A stretch of DNA of 64,000 bases from Bacteroidales bacterium (lineage in GTDB: Bacteria; Bacteroidota; Bacteroidia; Bacteroidales; WCHB1-69): contig JAFXTE010000012.1 of NCBI GenBank assembly GCA_017525245.1, positions 25,605 to 89,604 on the forward strand, given 5' to 3'. The notes under the pieces are model-generated. The model had not been told where the DNA came from. It saw nothing but the letters and a program-made list of their open reading frames with translations, and did no database searches. Made by a program: the position numbers and the translations under genes. Each line of letters begins with the position of its first letter. Positions within the stretch are counted from its first letter, which is position 1. This document shows positions 7,507 to 17,484 of the stretch, piece by piece.

Positions 7507-9369
7507 TTCAAAATAGTGTCGCAACTCCTCCGCTCCAAAGATGTGCAGCGTGCTTTTGCCGGAAGGCGTCAACGTGGGCATGTCGCTTTCGAACAGTTTG
7601 CGAATCAGCGCTTTGACCTCTTCTTGGGTGGCGGGCACGCGCTGGCGAGAACGTTTCTGACGGGCCAGACTCTGCGCGATTCCGGCGATTTTGTCGCCCT
7701 TGTGGATGACTTGGTTGGTCTGGTAGGCGGTCAGCACGTTCTCGATCAGTGCCTGCACGTCCCCTTCTTCCTCCTCATCGTTGGGGGTGGCGTTGACGGC
7801 CAGGTGCGTGTTGTCGATCTTTTCGAGGTCGTAGCCCAATCGGAGGAAATCCTCCTTCATCGAGATGGCCAAGTCGGTTTGGGCGGCGGTGAGCGTCACC
7901 GTTTGCGGAAACAGGCTCTGCTGCGGTCGTATCGGGGTGTTCTTCAGGGCGTTGACGTACATGTCGTAAAGGATGCGTTCCTGCACGTTGGGCAGGTCGG
8001 CGGCCATTACCTGACCGTTCAGCTCGAAAAAGAGGTAACGGCCTCCGAACACGAAAAACGGGATATTTTCGGGAATGTCGAGTTGGTTTTCTTCAGTATG
8101 AGATTGGAATTCAACCTGTTGCTGTTCCTCTTTCGGGTATTCCACTTTTTCCACATTCAGCTCTTTGAGGAAGTTTTCCCAGTCGTTGGAAGTGGGTGTC
8201 TCGCGACGGAAATTGCCGCCTCCAAACTGTTGGAAGGGGGAACTGTGCTTCTTTTCCGGCACTTTGTCGAAAGGATTGTAGTTGGGATTCGTGCGGATGG
8301 TGGGCGCGACAATCTCTTTGTTCTCGGGACGGTCGGTGATAATGTCGGGAAAAGAGTCGTCAAAGTCGATCATCGGGGTGAGCGACATGGTACCGAGGGC
8401 TTTCTTCACCGTGGAGTTGAGGAACCCGAAAAACAACCGTTCGTCCTGCAACTTGACCTCCACTTTGGTGGGGCTGACGTTGACGTCGATCATGGCGGGG
8501 TCGATTTCGAGGGCAATGAAGTAGGCGGGGTGCGAACCCTGAGGGATGAGGTCGGCGTACGCCTTCTCGACCGCGAAGTTGAGCAGGCTGTGGCGTACGT
8601 AGCGATGGTTGACGAACATGTACTGCTCGCTTTTCCGCTTGGCGTTTTCGGGCTTGGCGATGAAACCGGTGACGCGCATCAGTTCGTGGTTGAGCTCCAC
8701 GGGGAAAAGTTTGTCGTTGAAGTGCTGACCGAAAACGTTGACGATGCGCTGGCGCATGTTGGAGGCGGGCAGCAGCAAGACGAGCTTGCCGTCGTTATAG
8801 TATTGGAAGGTGAGGTCGTGGTGGATGAGTGCGACGCGGTAAAATTCCTCCTCGATGTGGGTGAGCTCCACCTTGTCGGACTTGAGGAAGTTTCGGCGGG
8901 CGGGCACGTTGAAAAAGAGGTTCTTGACGGCGATGGAGGTGCCGTCGGCGCAGGTGACGGGCGCATGTTCCTTGATGTCAGCACCTTCGATAAGGACGAG
9001 GGTGCCCATCTCGTCGGCGGCGGGCTTGGTTTTGAGCTCCACATGCGCGATGGCCGCGATGGAGGCGAGGGCCTCGCCGCGGAATCCCTTGGTGCAGATG
9101 TGGAACAGGTCGTCGGCCTTGCGCAGTTTGGAGGTGGCATGACGCTCGAAGCAGAGGCGCGCGTCGTTGAACGACATGCCTTTGCCGTTGTCGGTCACCT
9201 GGATGAGCGTTTTGCCGGCATCCTTGATGATGAGTTGGATCTGGGTTGCGCCGGCATCCACGGCGTTCTCAAGCAGCTCCTTGACCACGGAGGCGGGTCG
9301 CTGCACGACCTCTCCGGCCGCTATCTGGTTCGCCACCGCATCGGGCAGCAGGCGTATGATGTCTTCCAT
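7504..9369 (-). CDS. mutL: DNA mismatch repair protein MutL
   Basis: NQIAAGEVVQRPASVVKELLENAVDAGA, RHATSK, GFRGEALASI, NLFFNVPARRNFLK, DVNVSPTK. Confidence 0.97.
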   Translation of the reverse strand: MEDIIRLLPDAVANQIAAGEVVQRPASVVKELLENAVDAGATQIQLIIKDAGKTLIQVTDNGKGMSFNDARLCFERHATSKLRKADDLFHICTKGFRGEALASIAAIAHVELKTKPAADEMGTLVLIEGADIKEHAPVTCADGTSIAVKNLFFNVPARRNFLKSDKVELTHIEEEFYRVALIHHDLTFQYYNDGKLVLLLPASNMRQRIVNVFGQHFNDKLFPVELNHELMRVTGFIAKPENAKRKSEQYMFVNHRYVRHSLLNFAVEKAYADLIPQGSHPAYFIALEIDPAMIDVNVSPTKVEVKLQDERLFFGFLNSTVKKALGTMSLTPMIDFDDSFPDIITDRPENKEIVAPTIRTNPNYNPFDKVPEKKHSSPFQQFGGGNFRRETPTSNDWENFLKELNVEKVEYPKEEQQQVEFQSHTEENQLDIPENIPFFVFGGRYLFFELNGQVMAADLPNVQERILYDMYVNALKNTPIRPQQSLFPQTVTLTAAQTDLAISMKEDFLRLGYDLEKIDNTHLAVNATPNDEEEEGDVQALIENVLTAYQTNQVIHKGDKIAGIAQSLARQKRSRQRVPATQEEVKALIRKLFESDMPTLTPSGKSTLHIFGAEELRHYFE

Positions 9370-9398
9370 AGGGTTAAAAATGGTTAAAAGGTTATGTG

Positions 9399-9462
9399 GT
9401 TTCAGGTTTCAAGATTCAGGTTTCAGGTGAGTCTCAACTTGAAACTTGAAACCTGAAACCTG
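9399..9462. repeat. Head-to-head TTTCARG heptamer arrays (able to form a hairpin)
   Basis: gtttcaggtttcaag... followed by ...cttgaaacttgaaacctgaaacctg. Confidence 0.8.
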
Positions 9463-9468
9463 TTCGGG

Positions 9469-9711
9469 TTAGAAGAATTTCCAGAGTACGAGGGCGAGTA
9501 CAATCACGAAGAAAATCATGAAAAGGATGGTTATCGAAGAGTTGTTCTTGCGGTCACCGGTGTGGTTGCGTTTGCTTTGCCACTCGTCGTGGAGGTTGCG
9601 GGCGAAATCTCTCCGTGCGTCGCCGGTGGATTCTTCTTTCTTCGGGTCGTAGTACCTGGGTTTGTAGTTAAACTGCCGGGGTTCTCTGTTGTTGAAAAAC
9701 GTGAATGCCAT
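9469..9711 (-). CDS. Small membrane-anchored hypothetical protein upstream of mutL
   Basis: MAFTFFNNREPRQFNYKPRYYDP... with C-terminal TM helix; -7 box at ~9731-9738 on the minus strand. Confidence 0.7.
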   Translation of the reverse strand: MAFTFFNNREPRQFNYKPRYYDPKKEESTGDARRDFARNLHDEWQSKRNHTGDRKNNSSITILFMIFFVIVLALVLWKFF

Positions 9712-9828
9712 AATCGTGAATTTTGTTTGGCAAAGATACGATTTTTTCGATAAAAAGGTGGTGAAAGAAAAATTTTTCAACATTTGACAAACTATCCAAA
9801 AAAAGTGTATTTTTGCAGCCTCAAAAAA

Positions 9829-9902
9829 GGCGGGGTAGCTCAGTTGGTTAGAGCGTCGGATTCATAACCCGGAGGTCTCGAGTTCAACTCTCGATCCCGC
9901 CA
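9829..9902 (+). tRNA. tRNA with CAT anticodon (probably elongator tRNA-Met)
   Basis: GGCGGGGTAGCTCAGTTGGTTAGAGCGTCGGATTCATAACCCGGAGGTCTCGAGTTCAACTCTCGATCCCGCCA; upstream TATTTTTG box at ~9808. Confidence 0.92.
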
Positions 9903-9905
9903 CAA

Positions 9906-9939
9906 AAGAAGGCGACTGTTGCAGTTGCCTTCTTTGTTT
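9906..9939 (+). terminator. Intrinsic terminator after the tRNA
   Basis: AAAGAAGGCGACTG/CAGTTGCCTTCTTT stem with T tail. Confidence 0.7.
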
Positions 9940-10055
9940 CAGGTTTCAAGTTTCAGGTTTCAAGTTTCAATCAAACCAGAAACGTGAAACCTCTTTTTTT
10001 GTATCTTCGCCAATCAATTTTTAAACATAGAAAAACCTTAATAATCTATTGTAAC

Positions 10056-11039
10056 ATGTTGAAAATTAAGTCGATATTTGTAGTGCTTATGGTGGCGGTT
10101 GTCTTTCTTCCGGCTTGCGACCGCACTAAGAAAACCCCAAAGGACACCCCACAGCCTACCGTCACCCTTCCGGCATTTGATAACGATTCCGCATTCGCTT
10201 TTGTGAAGACGCAAACTGATTTCGGGCCGCGTGTGTTGGGCACAGAGGCTCACGAAAACTGTCGCGTGTGGCTTCTCAACAAACTGAAAACGTATTGCGA
10301 CACCGTCTATAATCAGTCTTTCACTGCGAAAACCTACGATGGCAAATCGTGGCCGTGTGCCAACCTCATTGGCAGTTTCGGACCCGAGCGGACGAAACGT
10401 ATTGTGCTGGCCGCGCACTGGGATGCCCGTCCTTTCGCCGACCACGACCCGAATCCGGCCAACCGCGAAACTCCCATTGATGGTGCTAACGACGGTGCCA
10501 GTGGGGTGGGGGTGCTGCTCGAAATCGCCCGTCAACTGCATGAGAACCAGCCTAATGTGGGGGTGGATATTATCTTCTTCGATGCTGAGGATTACGGTCC
10601 GAAGGAGAGCGAGAACGTTCCCGGTGACTGGTGGGGGTTAGGCGCGCAGCATTGGGCTAAAAATCCTCATGTCCAAGGATATACGGCTAATTATGGCATC
10701 TTGCTTGATATGGTCGGCAGTCCGAACGCGCAGTTCATGCAGGAGCAGTTCTCCTTGCGCGACGCGCAGGAGGTGGTGCGCAAAGTGTGGTCCACGGCAT
10801 ACGAACTCGGCCACGGCCAGTATTTCCAGAACAAACCCGGCGGCATCATCACCGATGACCACTACTATGTTAATAAGTATGCACCGTTCAAGATGATTGA
10901 CATCATCCACTATGACGCGGCATCCGGCACCGGTTTCGACCCCGTGTGGCATACGTTGAATGACAACATCCAGAATATTGACAAGAACACGCTCGGAGTG
11001 GTGGGAACAACATTATTGCAAGTCCTTAAAAACGAATAA
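10056..11039 (+). CDS. M28 family peptidase / glutaminyl-cyclase-like lipoprotein
   Basis: Lipobox LPAC; LAAHWD, GANDGASGV, FFDAED, LLDMVG, DDH, WHT. Confidence 0.88.
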   Translation: MLKIKSIFVVLMVAVVFLPACDRTKKTPKDTPQPTVTLPAFDNDSAFAFVKTQTDFGPRVLGTEAHENCRVWLLNKLKTYCDTVYNQSFTAKTYDGKSWPCANLIGSFGPERTKRIVLAAHWDARPFADHDPNPANRETPIDGANDGASGVGVLLEIARQLHENQPNVGVDIIFFDAEDYGPKESENVPGDWWGLGAQHWAKNPHVQGYTANYGILLDMVGSPNAQFMQEQFSLRDAQEVVRKVWSTAYELGHGQYFQNKPGGIITDDHYYVNKYAPFKMIDIIHYDAASGTGFDPVWHTLNDNIQNIDKNTLGVVGTTLLQVLKNE

Positions 11040-11045
11040 AATACG

Positions 11046-12326
11046 ATGAAAGTTTTTAAATTCGGCGGTGCCTCAGTGAAGGACGCCCCAGCCATTGAAA
11101 ATCTGAAAAACATCCTGCAACGTTATGAAAACGAGCAACTTGTGGTAGTGATTTCCGCCATGGGCAAGACCACCAATTTTTTGGAAAAATTGTTGGATGC
11201 CTATTACCATGCGCAAGAAAATGTGCCTGTCTTGTTAGCTGAGTTGCGGACGAACCATGAGACTGTTGCAGCGCAACTTATGGGTACTGAGAATCCTTTC
11301 CAGCCCCAGTCCGAACGGCTCTTCACCCTTCTGAACGAACAGTTGCAACGGCCCACTTCCGACAATTTCGACTACGACTATGACCGTGTCGTCAGTTTCG
11401 GCGAACTGCTTTCCACGACATTGATTTCCACATATCTTAATACCCAAGGTGTTGAAACGCAATGGCTTGATGCACGGCAGCTCATTCGTACTGACAACAC
11501 CTACCGTGAAGGGCATGTCGATTGGACGGTGACGCAGAAATTGGCTGGCAACACCATAAAACCCTATTTCCAGAATAGAGCGCACGGCATCGTGCTGACG
11601 CAGGGGTTCATCGCGGGCACAGCGGAGAACCAGACAACCACGCTCGGGCGCGAAGGTTCCGACTACTCTGCCGCAATTCTTGCGCATACTCTTGATGCCG
11701 ATAGTGTTACCGTATGGAAAGATGTGCCCGGCATCCTTAATGCTGACCCGAAACGTTTCCCGAATGCGGTCAAAATCGACACGCTGACCTATCACGAGAC
11801 GGTGGAGTTGGCTTACTATGGTGCGAGTGTCATCCATCCTAAAACCCTTAGACCGCTGCATAACAAACAGATACCATTGTTCGTGAAATCCTTCTTCCAT
11901 CCGGAAAATGAAGGCAGTAAGATTACACAACAGGCTGATACAGTTGAAATTCCATCCTATATCGTGAAAGATAACCAGCTGCTGCTTTCGGTCTCCCCGC
12001 GAGATTTTTCCATTATCGGGGTAGAAAATTTGTCCAAAATTCTGGATGTTCTGTCTGAGTATCGGGTTAAAATCAATCTGATCCAGAATTCCGCGCTTAC
12101 GTTTTCGGTGTGTACGGACAATGTGCCGTTACGGTTGCAGCCCTGCATAGAGGCATTAGGCAAAGAGTTTGTGGTGAAATTCAACGAAGATATCCGTTTG
12201 GTCACAATTAGGCATTATGATTCTGAATCAGAAAAAGAAATTCTGAAAATGTTTGATAAAGAAGAAGTTATTATTCGCCAAAACAACCGCCACACCATCC
12301 AGCTCGTCCTTAAGCAAATAAACTAA
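11046..12326 (+). CDS. lysC: Aspartate kinase
   Basis: VFKFGGASV, VISAMGKTT, TTLGREGSDYSAA, WKDVPG, GASVIHPKT. Confidence 0.93.
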   Translation: MKVFKFGGASVKDAPAIENLKNILQRYENEQLVVVISAMGKTTNFLEKLLDAYYHAQENVPVLLAELRTNHETVAAQLMGTENPFQPQSERLFTLLNEQLQRPTSDNFDYDYDRVVSFGELLSTTLISTYLNTQGVETQWLDARQLIRTDNTYREGHVDWTVTQKLAGNTIKPYFQNRAHGIVLTQGFIAGTAENQTTTLGREGSDYSAAILAHTLDADSVTVWKDVPGILNADPKRFPNAVKIDTLTYHETVELAYYGASVIHPKTLRPLHNKQIPLFVKSFFHPENEGSKITQQADTVEIPSYIVKDNQLLLSVSPRDFSIIGVENLSKILDVLSEYRVKINLIQNSALTFSVCTDNVPLRLQPCIEALGKEFVVKFNEDIRLVTIRHYDSESEKEILKMFDKEEVIIRQNNRHTIQLVLKQIN

Positions 12327-12354
12327 CGAAATTACTCACTCCACGACAAAAGTC

Positions 12355-12402
12355 AGTTTAAGTATTAAGTCTAAGTCTAAGTTTAAGTATTAAGTCTAAG
12401 TT
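12355..12402. repeat. TAAGTY hexamer tandem array
   Basis: Read directly; same unit as at 20011-20150. Confidence 0.75.
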
Positions 12403-12513
12403 ATTTCACATTCATCATCGACCCTGAATTTTTTTTCTTGACTTTTTCAAACAAAAATGTATTTTTGCAGGATTGAAATTAATAGAATTATTCACATAAA
12501 ATTATTTAAAAGT

Positions 12514-14220
12514 ATGAAGAAAACTTTACTTGTTTTAGTTGTTGCGATTTTGGCTGGTTTGACTGGCTTCGCACAAATCACCGACACGATTGTGTCAACG
12601 ACTCCTTCCAACCGCAATGTGTTGCTTGAGGAATACACGGGTGTCCAATGTACTTGGTGTCCTGACGGTCACCGTATGGCCAACGAACTCAAAGCAACGA
12701 ATCCGGATCGCATTTGCCTCATCAACATTCACCAAGGAAGCTTTGCAGCCAATACTTACACGACCCAGTTCGGTAACGCTTTGGCTAACCAGACGAACTT
12801 GGATGGTTATCCTTCGGGTACAATTAACCGCCATGTGTTTTCTGGAAATAAAACCGCTTTGAACAGAGGTGAATGGGCGAACTGTGCCAACCAGATCCTC
12901 AACATGTCTTCTCCTGTGAACATCGCTGCAGAAGGTACGCTTGACATGAGTACCAGAACGGTGAATATTCGTGTTCAACTCTATTACACAGGTTCACAGA
13001 CGGTTACATCCAATTCTTTGAATGTTGCTATCCTTCAAGACAATGTGTTGGGCTCTCAAGTGGGTATGTCCATGAATCCTGCTCAGGTTGTCGGCAATCA
13101 ATACAACCACATGCACATGTTGCGCCATCTAATTACCGGTCAATGGGGTGAAACAATTGAAACTATAGCCCAAGGCACGTTGGTGGAGAAGAATTACGAA
13201 TATGTGATTCCCGCAGAGTTAGGCTCCCCGAATGCTATTGAAGCCGTGCTTTCGGATTTGAACTTTGTTGCTTTTGTTTGCGAAGGTCATCAGGAAGTGC
13301 TCACCAGCATTGAAGTTCCCATTGAACGCATCAACCTGCCTGCTATCGCCGGACGTGTCGCCAATGTGTATGAGACACCGTCTTTGACGTGTACGGAGCA
13401 GGCCAATGCCTATTTCCAATTCATGAACCAAGGTGCTGAAACGGTAACCTCTCTGGCTTACACCTATAGCATTGGAGGCAACACGCAGACTGCCACATGG
13501 AACGGCAGTGTAAGTTCATTTGACATCACCAATGTTGACATCCCGACTTTTAACATTAACGTCAATGTCAACAATACGTTGACTGTGCAAGTTACGCAAA
13601 TCAACGGTACGGATGTGGATATTGCTCCCAGAACACTTACAATTAAGAAAAATGTTTATGGAGGTGCCGGAACTATGACGTTTATTTTGAAAACCGATAA
13701 CTATGGTTCTGAAACGACCTTCAAATTCTTCGGTCCTGACGGCAACGAGGTGCTTTCCGGTGGACCTTTCACCAACACTTCTGCTGAACATACTTTTACG
13801 TTCGCTCCTACGACTCTGGGATGCTATCGTCTTGAGGTTTATGACAGCTATGGAGATGGTATCAACAACGGCTATGGCTCAGGTTGGTTCAAGTTAATGG
13901 CCGAGGATGGCACCCAGATTTTCCGCGACAACGGCAAGTTCGGCAGTCAGGTTACCTACATGATAGATGTTACCGGTGTTGGTGTTGAAGATTTCACGTT
14001 GGAAACCACCGTTTATCCCAACCCCGCTACGGACGTAATCAATATCAATACGACTAATAATGTGCAGCGTGTGGAAATTTTCAACATGCAAGGTCAGTTA
14101 GTGAAAGTTGAGACTGGTGACGTGACGCGCGTCTCTGTGAAGGATCTTGCCAACGGTCTCTATACGTTGAAGCTCACGACCGACAATGGTACTTCCATGC
14201 ACAAGATTGTCAAGAAATAA
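12514..14220 (+). CDS. Omp28-related outer membrane protein with T9SS type A sorting domain
   Basis: Signal peptide; LLEEYTGVQCTWCPDGH (CxxC); YNHMHMLRH; C-terminal VYPNPA...GLYTLKL...HKIVKK. Confidence 0.85.
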   Translation: MKKTLLVLVVAILAGLTGFAQITDTIVSTTPSNRNVLLEEYTGVQCTWCPDGHRMANELKATNPDRICLINIHQGSFAANTYTTQFGNALANQTNLDGYPSGTINRHVFSGNKTALNRGEWANCANQILNMSSPVNIAAEGTLDMSTRTVNIRVQLYYTGSQTVTSNSLNVAILQDNVLGSQVGMSMNPAQVVGNQYNHMHMLRHLITGQWGETIETIAQGTLVEKNYEYVIPAELGSPNAIEAVLSDLNFVAFVCEGHQEVLTSIEVPIERINLPAIAGRVANVYETPSLTCTEQANAYFQFMNQGAETVTSLAYTYSIGGNTQTATWNGSVSSFDITNVDIPTFNINVNVNNTLTVQVTQINGTDVDIAPRTLTIKKNVYGGAGTMTFILKTDNYGSETTFKFFGPDGNEVLSGGPFTNTSAEHTFTFAPTTLGCYRLEVYDSYGDGINNGYGSGWFKLMAEDGTQIFRDNGKFGSQVTYMIDVTGVGVEDFTLETTVYPNPATDVININTTNNVQRVEIFNMQGQLVKVETGDVTRVSVKDLANGLYTLKLTTDNGTSMHKIVKK

Positions 14221-14240
14221 TTTTGATAAGTCTCATAAAG

Positions 14241-14272
14241 AAAAAGACCGGCAGCGATGTCGGTCTTTTTTT
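14241..14272 (+). terminator. Intrinsic (probably bidirectional) terminator
   Basis: AAAAAGACCG-loop-CGGTCTTTTTTT between convergent genes. Confidence 0.8.
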
Positions 14273-14350
14273 GTTATTGGCTATTGGCACATTGGCTTAG
14301 TCGCCGATAATACTGTTGAAATTTATCCTTGTGTACGTCTCTTTGGGATA

Positions 14351-14376
14351 AGAGACGTTTCAGGAAACGTCTCTAC
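14351..14376. repeat. Degenerate REP palindrome
   Basis: AGAGACGTTTCAGGAAACGTCTCTAC. Confidence 0.8.
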
Positions 14377-14382
14377 CACTGA

Positions 14383-16521
14383 CTATTTGATGGGTTCGAG
14401 GGAGAGGCTGATGCGTTTGCGGTCGATTTCGACATTTTCCACACGCACCATGACCTTTTGGTTGAGGTGGACCACTTCCGATGGGTCGGAAATGCGGTGG
14501 TCGCTCAGGCGGCTGATGTGGATGAGGCCGTCCTGATGTACACCGATATCGACAAAACAGCCAAAGTTGGTGATATTGGTGATGATACCTGGCAGTACCA
14601 TCCCGATATAAAGATCGTTGATAGTGTGTACGTTTTTGTCGAACTCAAACATTTCGAACTGGGTTCGCGGGTCGCGGCCGGGTTTGTCAAGCTCGTTCAT
14701 GATGTCTTGCAGGGTGGGCATCCCGACCGTTTTGGTGATATATTTCTTCAGTTTGATTTGCTGCCGGAGCTGTTTGTTGGCCATCAGGTCGGCTACCGAG
14801 CAATCGAGGTCGGCGGCCATTTGGCTGACCACGTTGTAGCTTTCGGGGTGTACCGCGCTGGCGTCCAGCGGGTTCTCGGCACCTCGGATTCTCAGGAATC
14901 CCGCTGCCTGTTGGAAGGCTTTGGCTCCGAAACGAGGTACTTTTTTCAATGCTTCACGGGAGGCGAAGGCTCCGTTTTCGTTGCGGTAATCGACAATGTT
15001 CTGCGCCAATGCCGGTCCGACACCGGAGACGTAAGAGAGCAGCTGCTTGCTGGCGGTGTTCAGCTCCACGCCCACGTAGTTGACGCAGCTCTCGACGGTG
15101 GTTTGCAAGCTTTCCTGCAGCATTTTCTGGTTTACGTCATGCTGATATTGTCCCACCCCGATGGATTTCGGGTCTATTTTCACCAACTCGGCCAGCGGAT
15201 CCATCAGTCGTCGCCCGATGGAAACTGCGCCGCGCACCGTGACATCGTAGTTGGGGAACTCTTCACGCGCCACGGGCGAGGCTGAATAGACAGACGCGCC
15301 GCTCTCGTTCACCATGAAGGCTTTGACCTCCCGCTCGAAAGGGATGTGACGGACGAAATTCTCGGTTTCGCGGCCGGCAGTGCCGTTTCCGATGGCGATG
15401 GCATCCACTTTGTACTGGAGGACCAACCGTTTCAGCTTGTCGGAGGCGAGCTTGTACTGCGCCACCGGCGGGTGCGGGTAGATAGTCTCGTTGTAGAGCA
15501 GTTTGCCTTGCGGGTCCAGAATCACGACTTTGCAGCCGGTGCGGAAGCCAGGGTCGATGGCGAGAGTGGTGACCTGTCCCAGCGGGGCGGCCAACAGCAG
15601 TTGCCGAGCATTCTTCGAGAAGACAGCAATGGCCTCTTTGTCGGCCTTTTCTTTGTAGAATTTACGCATCTCGGTCTCCATTTGGGGCTGCAGCAACCGT
15701 TTGTAGGAGTCGGTGGCTGCCTGCCAGACCTGTTGCGCGGAGTTGCTGTTGTTCTTGACGATACGGCGTTTCATGTCCGCGAGTGTGCGTTCCTCGTCCG
15801 GGGCGATGTGTATGCGGAGGATGCCCTCCTCCTCGCCACGGAGCATGGCCAGGATGCGGTGTGAGGGTGCTTTGGCGAGAGACTCCTCAGACTTGTAGTA
15901 GATGCGGTATTTCTCTTCCTCGTCAATTTTGTCGGGGATTTGCTGGGTGGAGATGCGGCTGTGGCGGAGGAACGTGTCGCGCAGACGAGCCCGGATGTTG
16001 GGGTTTTCGCTGATTTTCTCGGCGATGATGTCGCGCGCGCCAGCCAAGGCCTCTTCCACGTTCGCCACCCCTTTTTCCGGGTTCACGAACTTGGCTGCTT
16101 CGCGTTGCAAATCCAGCTGGCGTTGTGCCCATAGCAGTTTCGACAGCGGTTGCAACCCTTTCTCCACTGCCACGGAAGCCCGGGTCTTGCGCTTGGGCCG
16201 GTAAGGGAGGTACAAGTCCTCCAAAACGCTCATGGTTTCAGCCTCTTCGATCTGTTTGCGCAGGTCGGGCGTGAGTTTGCCCTGTTCGGCAATGGAATCC
16301 AGGATGGCGGCACGGCGTTTGTCTAACTCCAACCACTTGGCGTATAAATCCTTGATGTTCCCGATTTGTACCTCGTCTAATGAGCCGGTGACCTCTTTCC
16401 TGTATCGCGAGATGAAGGGGATTGTGGCACCGGTTTCCAGTAAATTCAGGGTGTTCTGCACCTGCTCCTCCGTCAATTGGAGTGACTGTGCAATTCGTAG
16501 GGCGTAATTTTGTTCGGACAT
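14383..16521 (-). CDS. tex: Tex family RNA-binding transcriptional accessory protein
   Basis: GATIPFISRYRKEVTG, IDPGFRTGCK, ESGASVYSAS, IDPKSIGVGQYQHDV, C-terminal S1 domain. Confidence 0.95.
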   Translation of the reverse strand: MSEQNYALRIAQSLQLTEEQVQNTLNLLETGATIPFISRYRKEVTGSLDEVQIGNIKDLYAKWLELDKRRAAILDSIAEQGKLTPDLRKQIEEAETMSVLEDLYLPYRPKRKTRASVAVEKGLQPLSKLLWAQRQLDLQREAAKFVNPEKGVANVEEALAGARDIIAEKISENPNIRARLRDTFLRHSRISTQQIPDKIDEEEKYRIYYKSEESLAKAPSHRILAMLRGEEEGILRIHIAPDEERTLADMKRRIVKNNSNSAQQVWQAATDSYKRLLQPQMETEMRKFYKEKADKEAIAVFSKNARQLLLAAPLGQVTTLAIDPGFRTGCKVVILDPQGKLLYNETIYPHPPVAQYKLASDKLKRLVLQYKVDAIAIGNGTAGRETENFVRHIPFEREVKAFMVNESGASVYSASPVAREEFPNYDVTVRGAVSIGRRLMDPLAELVKIDPKSIGVGQYQHDVNQKMLQESLQTTVESCVNYVGVELNTASKQLLSYVSGVGPALAQNIVDYRNENGAFASREALKKVPRFGAKAFQQAAGFLRIRGAENPLDASAVHPESYNVVSQMAADLDCSVADLMANKQLRQQIKLKKYITKTVGMPTLQDIMNELDKPGRDPRTQFEMFEFDKNVHTINDLYIGMVLPGIITNITNFGCFVDIGVHQDGLIHISRLSDHRISDPSEVVHLNQKVMVRVENVEIDRKRISLSLEPIK

Positions 16522-16525
16522 AATT

Positions 16526-16581
16526 TTGGCTCTTAGCTATTAGCTTCTGGCCAATAGCTAAGAGCCAAAAGCTAATAGCCT
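16526..16581. repeat. TTAGCTA/TTGGCTA-type heptamer arrays, inverted pair
   Basis: ttggctcttagctattagc... facing ...aatagctaagagccaaaagctaatagc. Confidence 0.7.
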
Positions 16582-16589
16582 AAAAATAA

Positions 16590-17450
16590 TTATTCGTTTA
16601 CGATTTCAAGCAGTTCGATGTCAAATTCCAGCGGGGAGTAGGGGGGGATGCCGCGGGTACCCTCGCCGTAGGCCATGCTGGAAGGAATGAGCACGGTCAC
16701 CTTGTCGCCGACTTTCATTTCAGAGACGGTGGCATCCCAGCCAGGAATCACTTGGCCAGAACCCACTGTGAAGGAGAATGGTTCGCCGCGTTCAACGGAA
16801 CTGTCAAAGACAGTGCCATCGGTGAAACGACCCGTATAGTGAACTTTTACGGTCTGCAACGGTTCCACTTTGGCTCCAGTACCTTTTTTAACGTTTTTCA
16901 CATATACACCTGCTTGGTTTTGCTTCATACCCGGGTGTTTTTGCAGATAAGCGTCAATTTCCTCCACTTCTTTCACTTTCCGGTCATCCAACTGGGCTTC
17001 AAATTCCGCCTTGGCTTTCTCGAAATCAGCCTTTTTCATGACTCCGTAAAGCATCACATCGAGATAGAGTGGTTCTTCGCCAAATTCGTATTCTTGAGCA
17101 GGATTCATCATCTTTTCGAAGAATTGTTTGCCGTCAAGGATGAAAGTCGCGCTGTCTCCCACATGCATCATACGGATGGCTTCAAAAATGTCACCTTCGT
17201 AAAGGGAGTCCATAAGCATTTCATTTGGCATCATGGGGAAGAGAAGGGAGTCACCAGCTCGCAAAGACATCAGAACCCCCACTAAATCACCAGTCATAGG
17301 CTGGTCTGCGGTGTCATTTTGTACATGGAACTGGTAGTATAAACCTGATTTGTTTTTTTTGAATCCTTTGTATTTGCTACAAGCTCCGAGTGAGAGTAAA
17401 AGGGTCGCTGCAATCCCGAAAAGGATTAATTTTGTTACGTTTTTCTTCAT
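16590..17450 (-). CDS. FKBP-type peptidyl-prolyl isomerase, lipoprotein
   Basis: LGAC lipobox; VKVHYTG...VFDSS...VIPGWD...AYG...IPP. Confidence 0.92.
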   Translation of the reverse strand: MKKNVTKLILFGIAATLLLSLGACSKYKGFKKNKSGLYYQFHVQNDTADQPMTGDLVGVLMSLRAGDSLLFPMMPNEMLMDSLYEGDIFEAIRMMHVGDSATFILDGKQFFEKMMNPAQEYEFGEEPLYLDVMLYGVMKKADFEKAKAEFEAQLDDRKVKEVEEIDAYLQKHPGMKQNQAGVYVKNVKKGTGAKVEPLQTVKVHYTGRFTDGTVFDSSVERGEPFSFTVGSGQVIPGWDATVSEMKVGDKVTVLIPSSMAYGEGTRGIPPYSPLEFDIELLEIVNE

Positions 17451-17484
17451 TTTTTTTCTTTTTTTTCTGTTGTTAATAAGGTTT

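Noticed and set aside
7516-9387. 623-aa ORF antisense to mutL
   Set aside because: Shadow frame in register with mutL codons, produced by GC-rich codon usage; no motifs.
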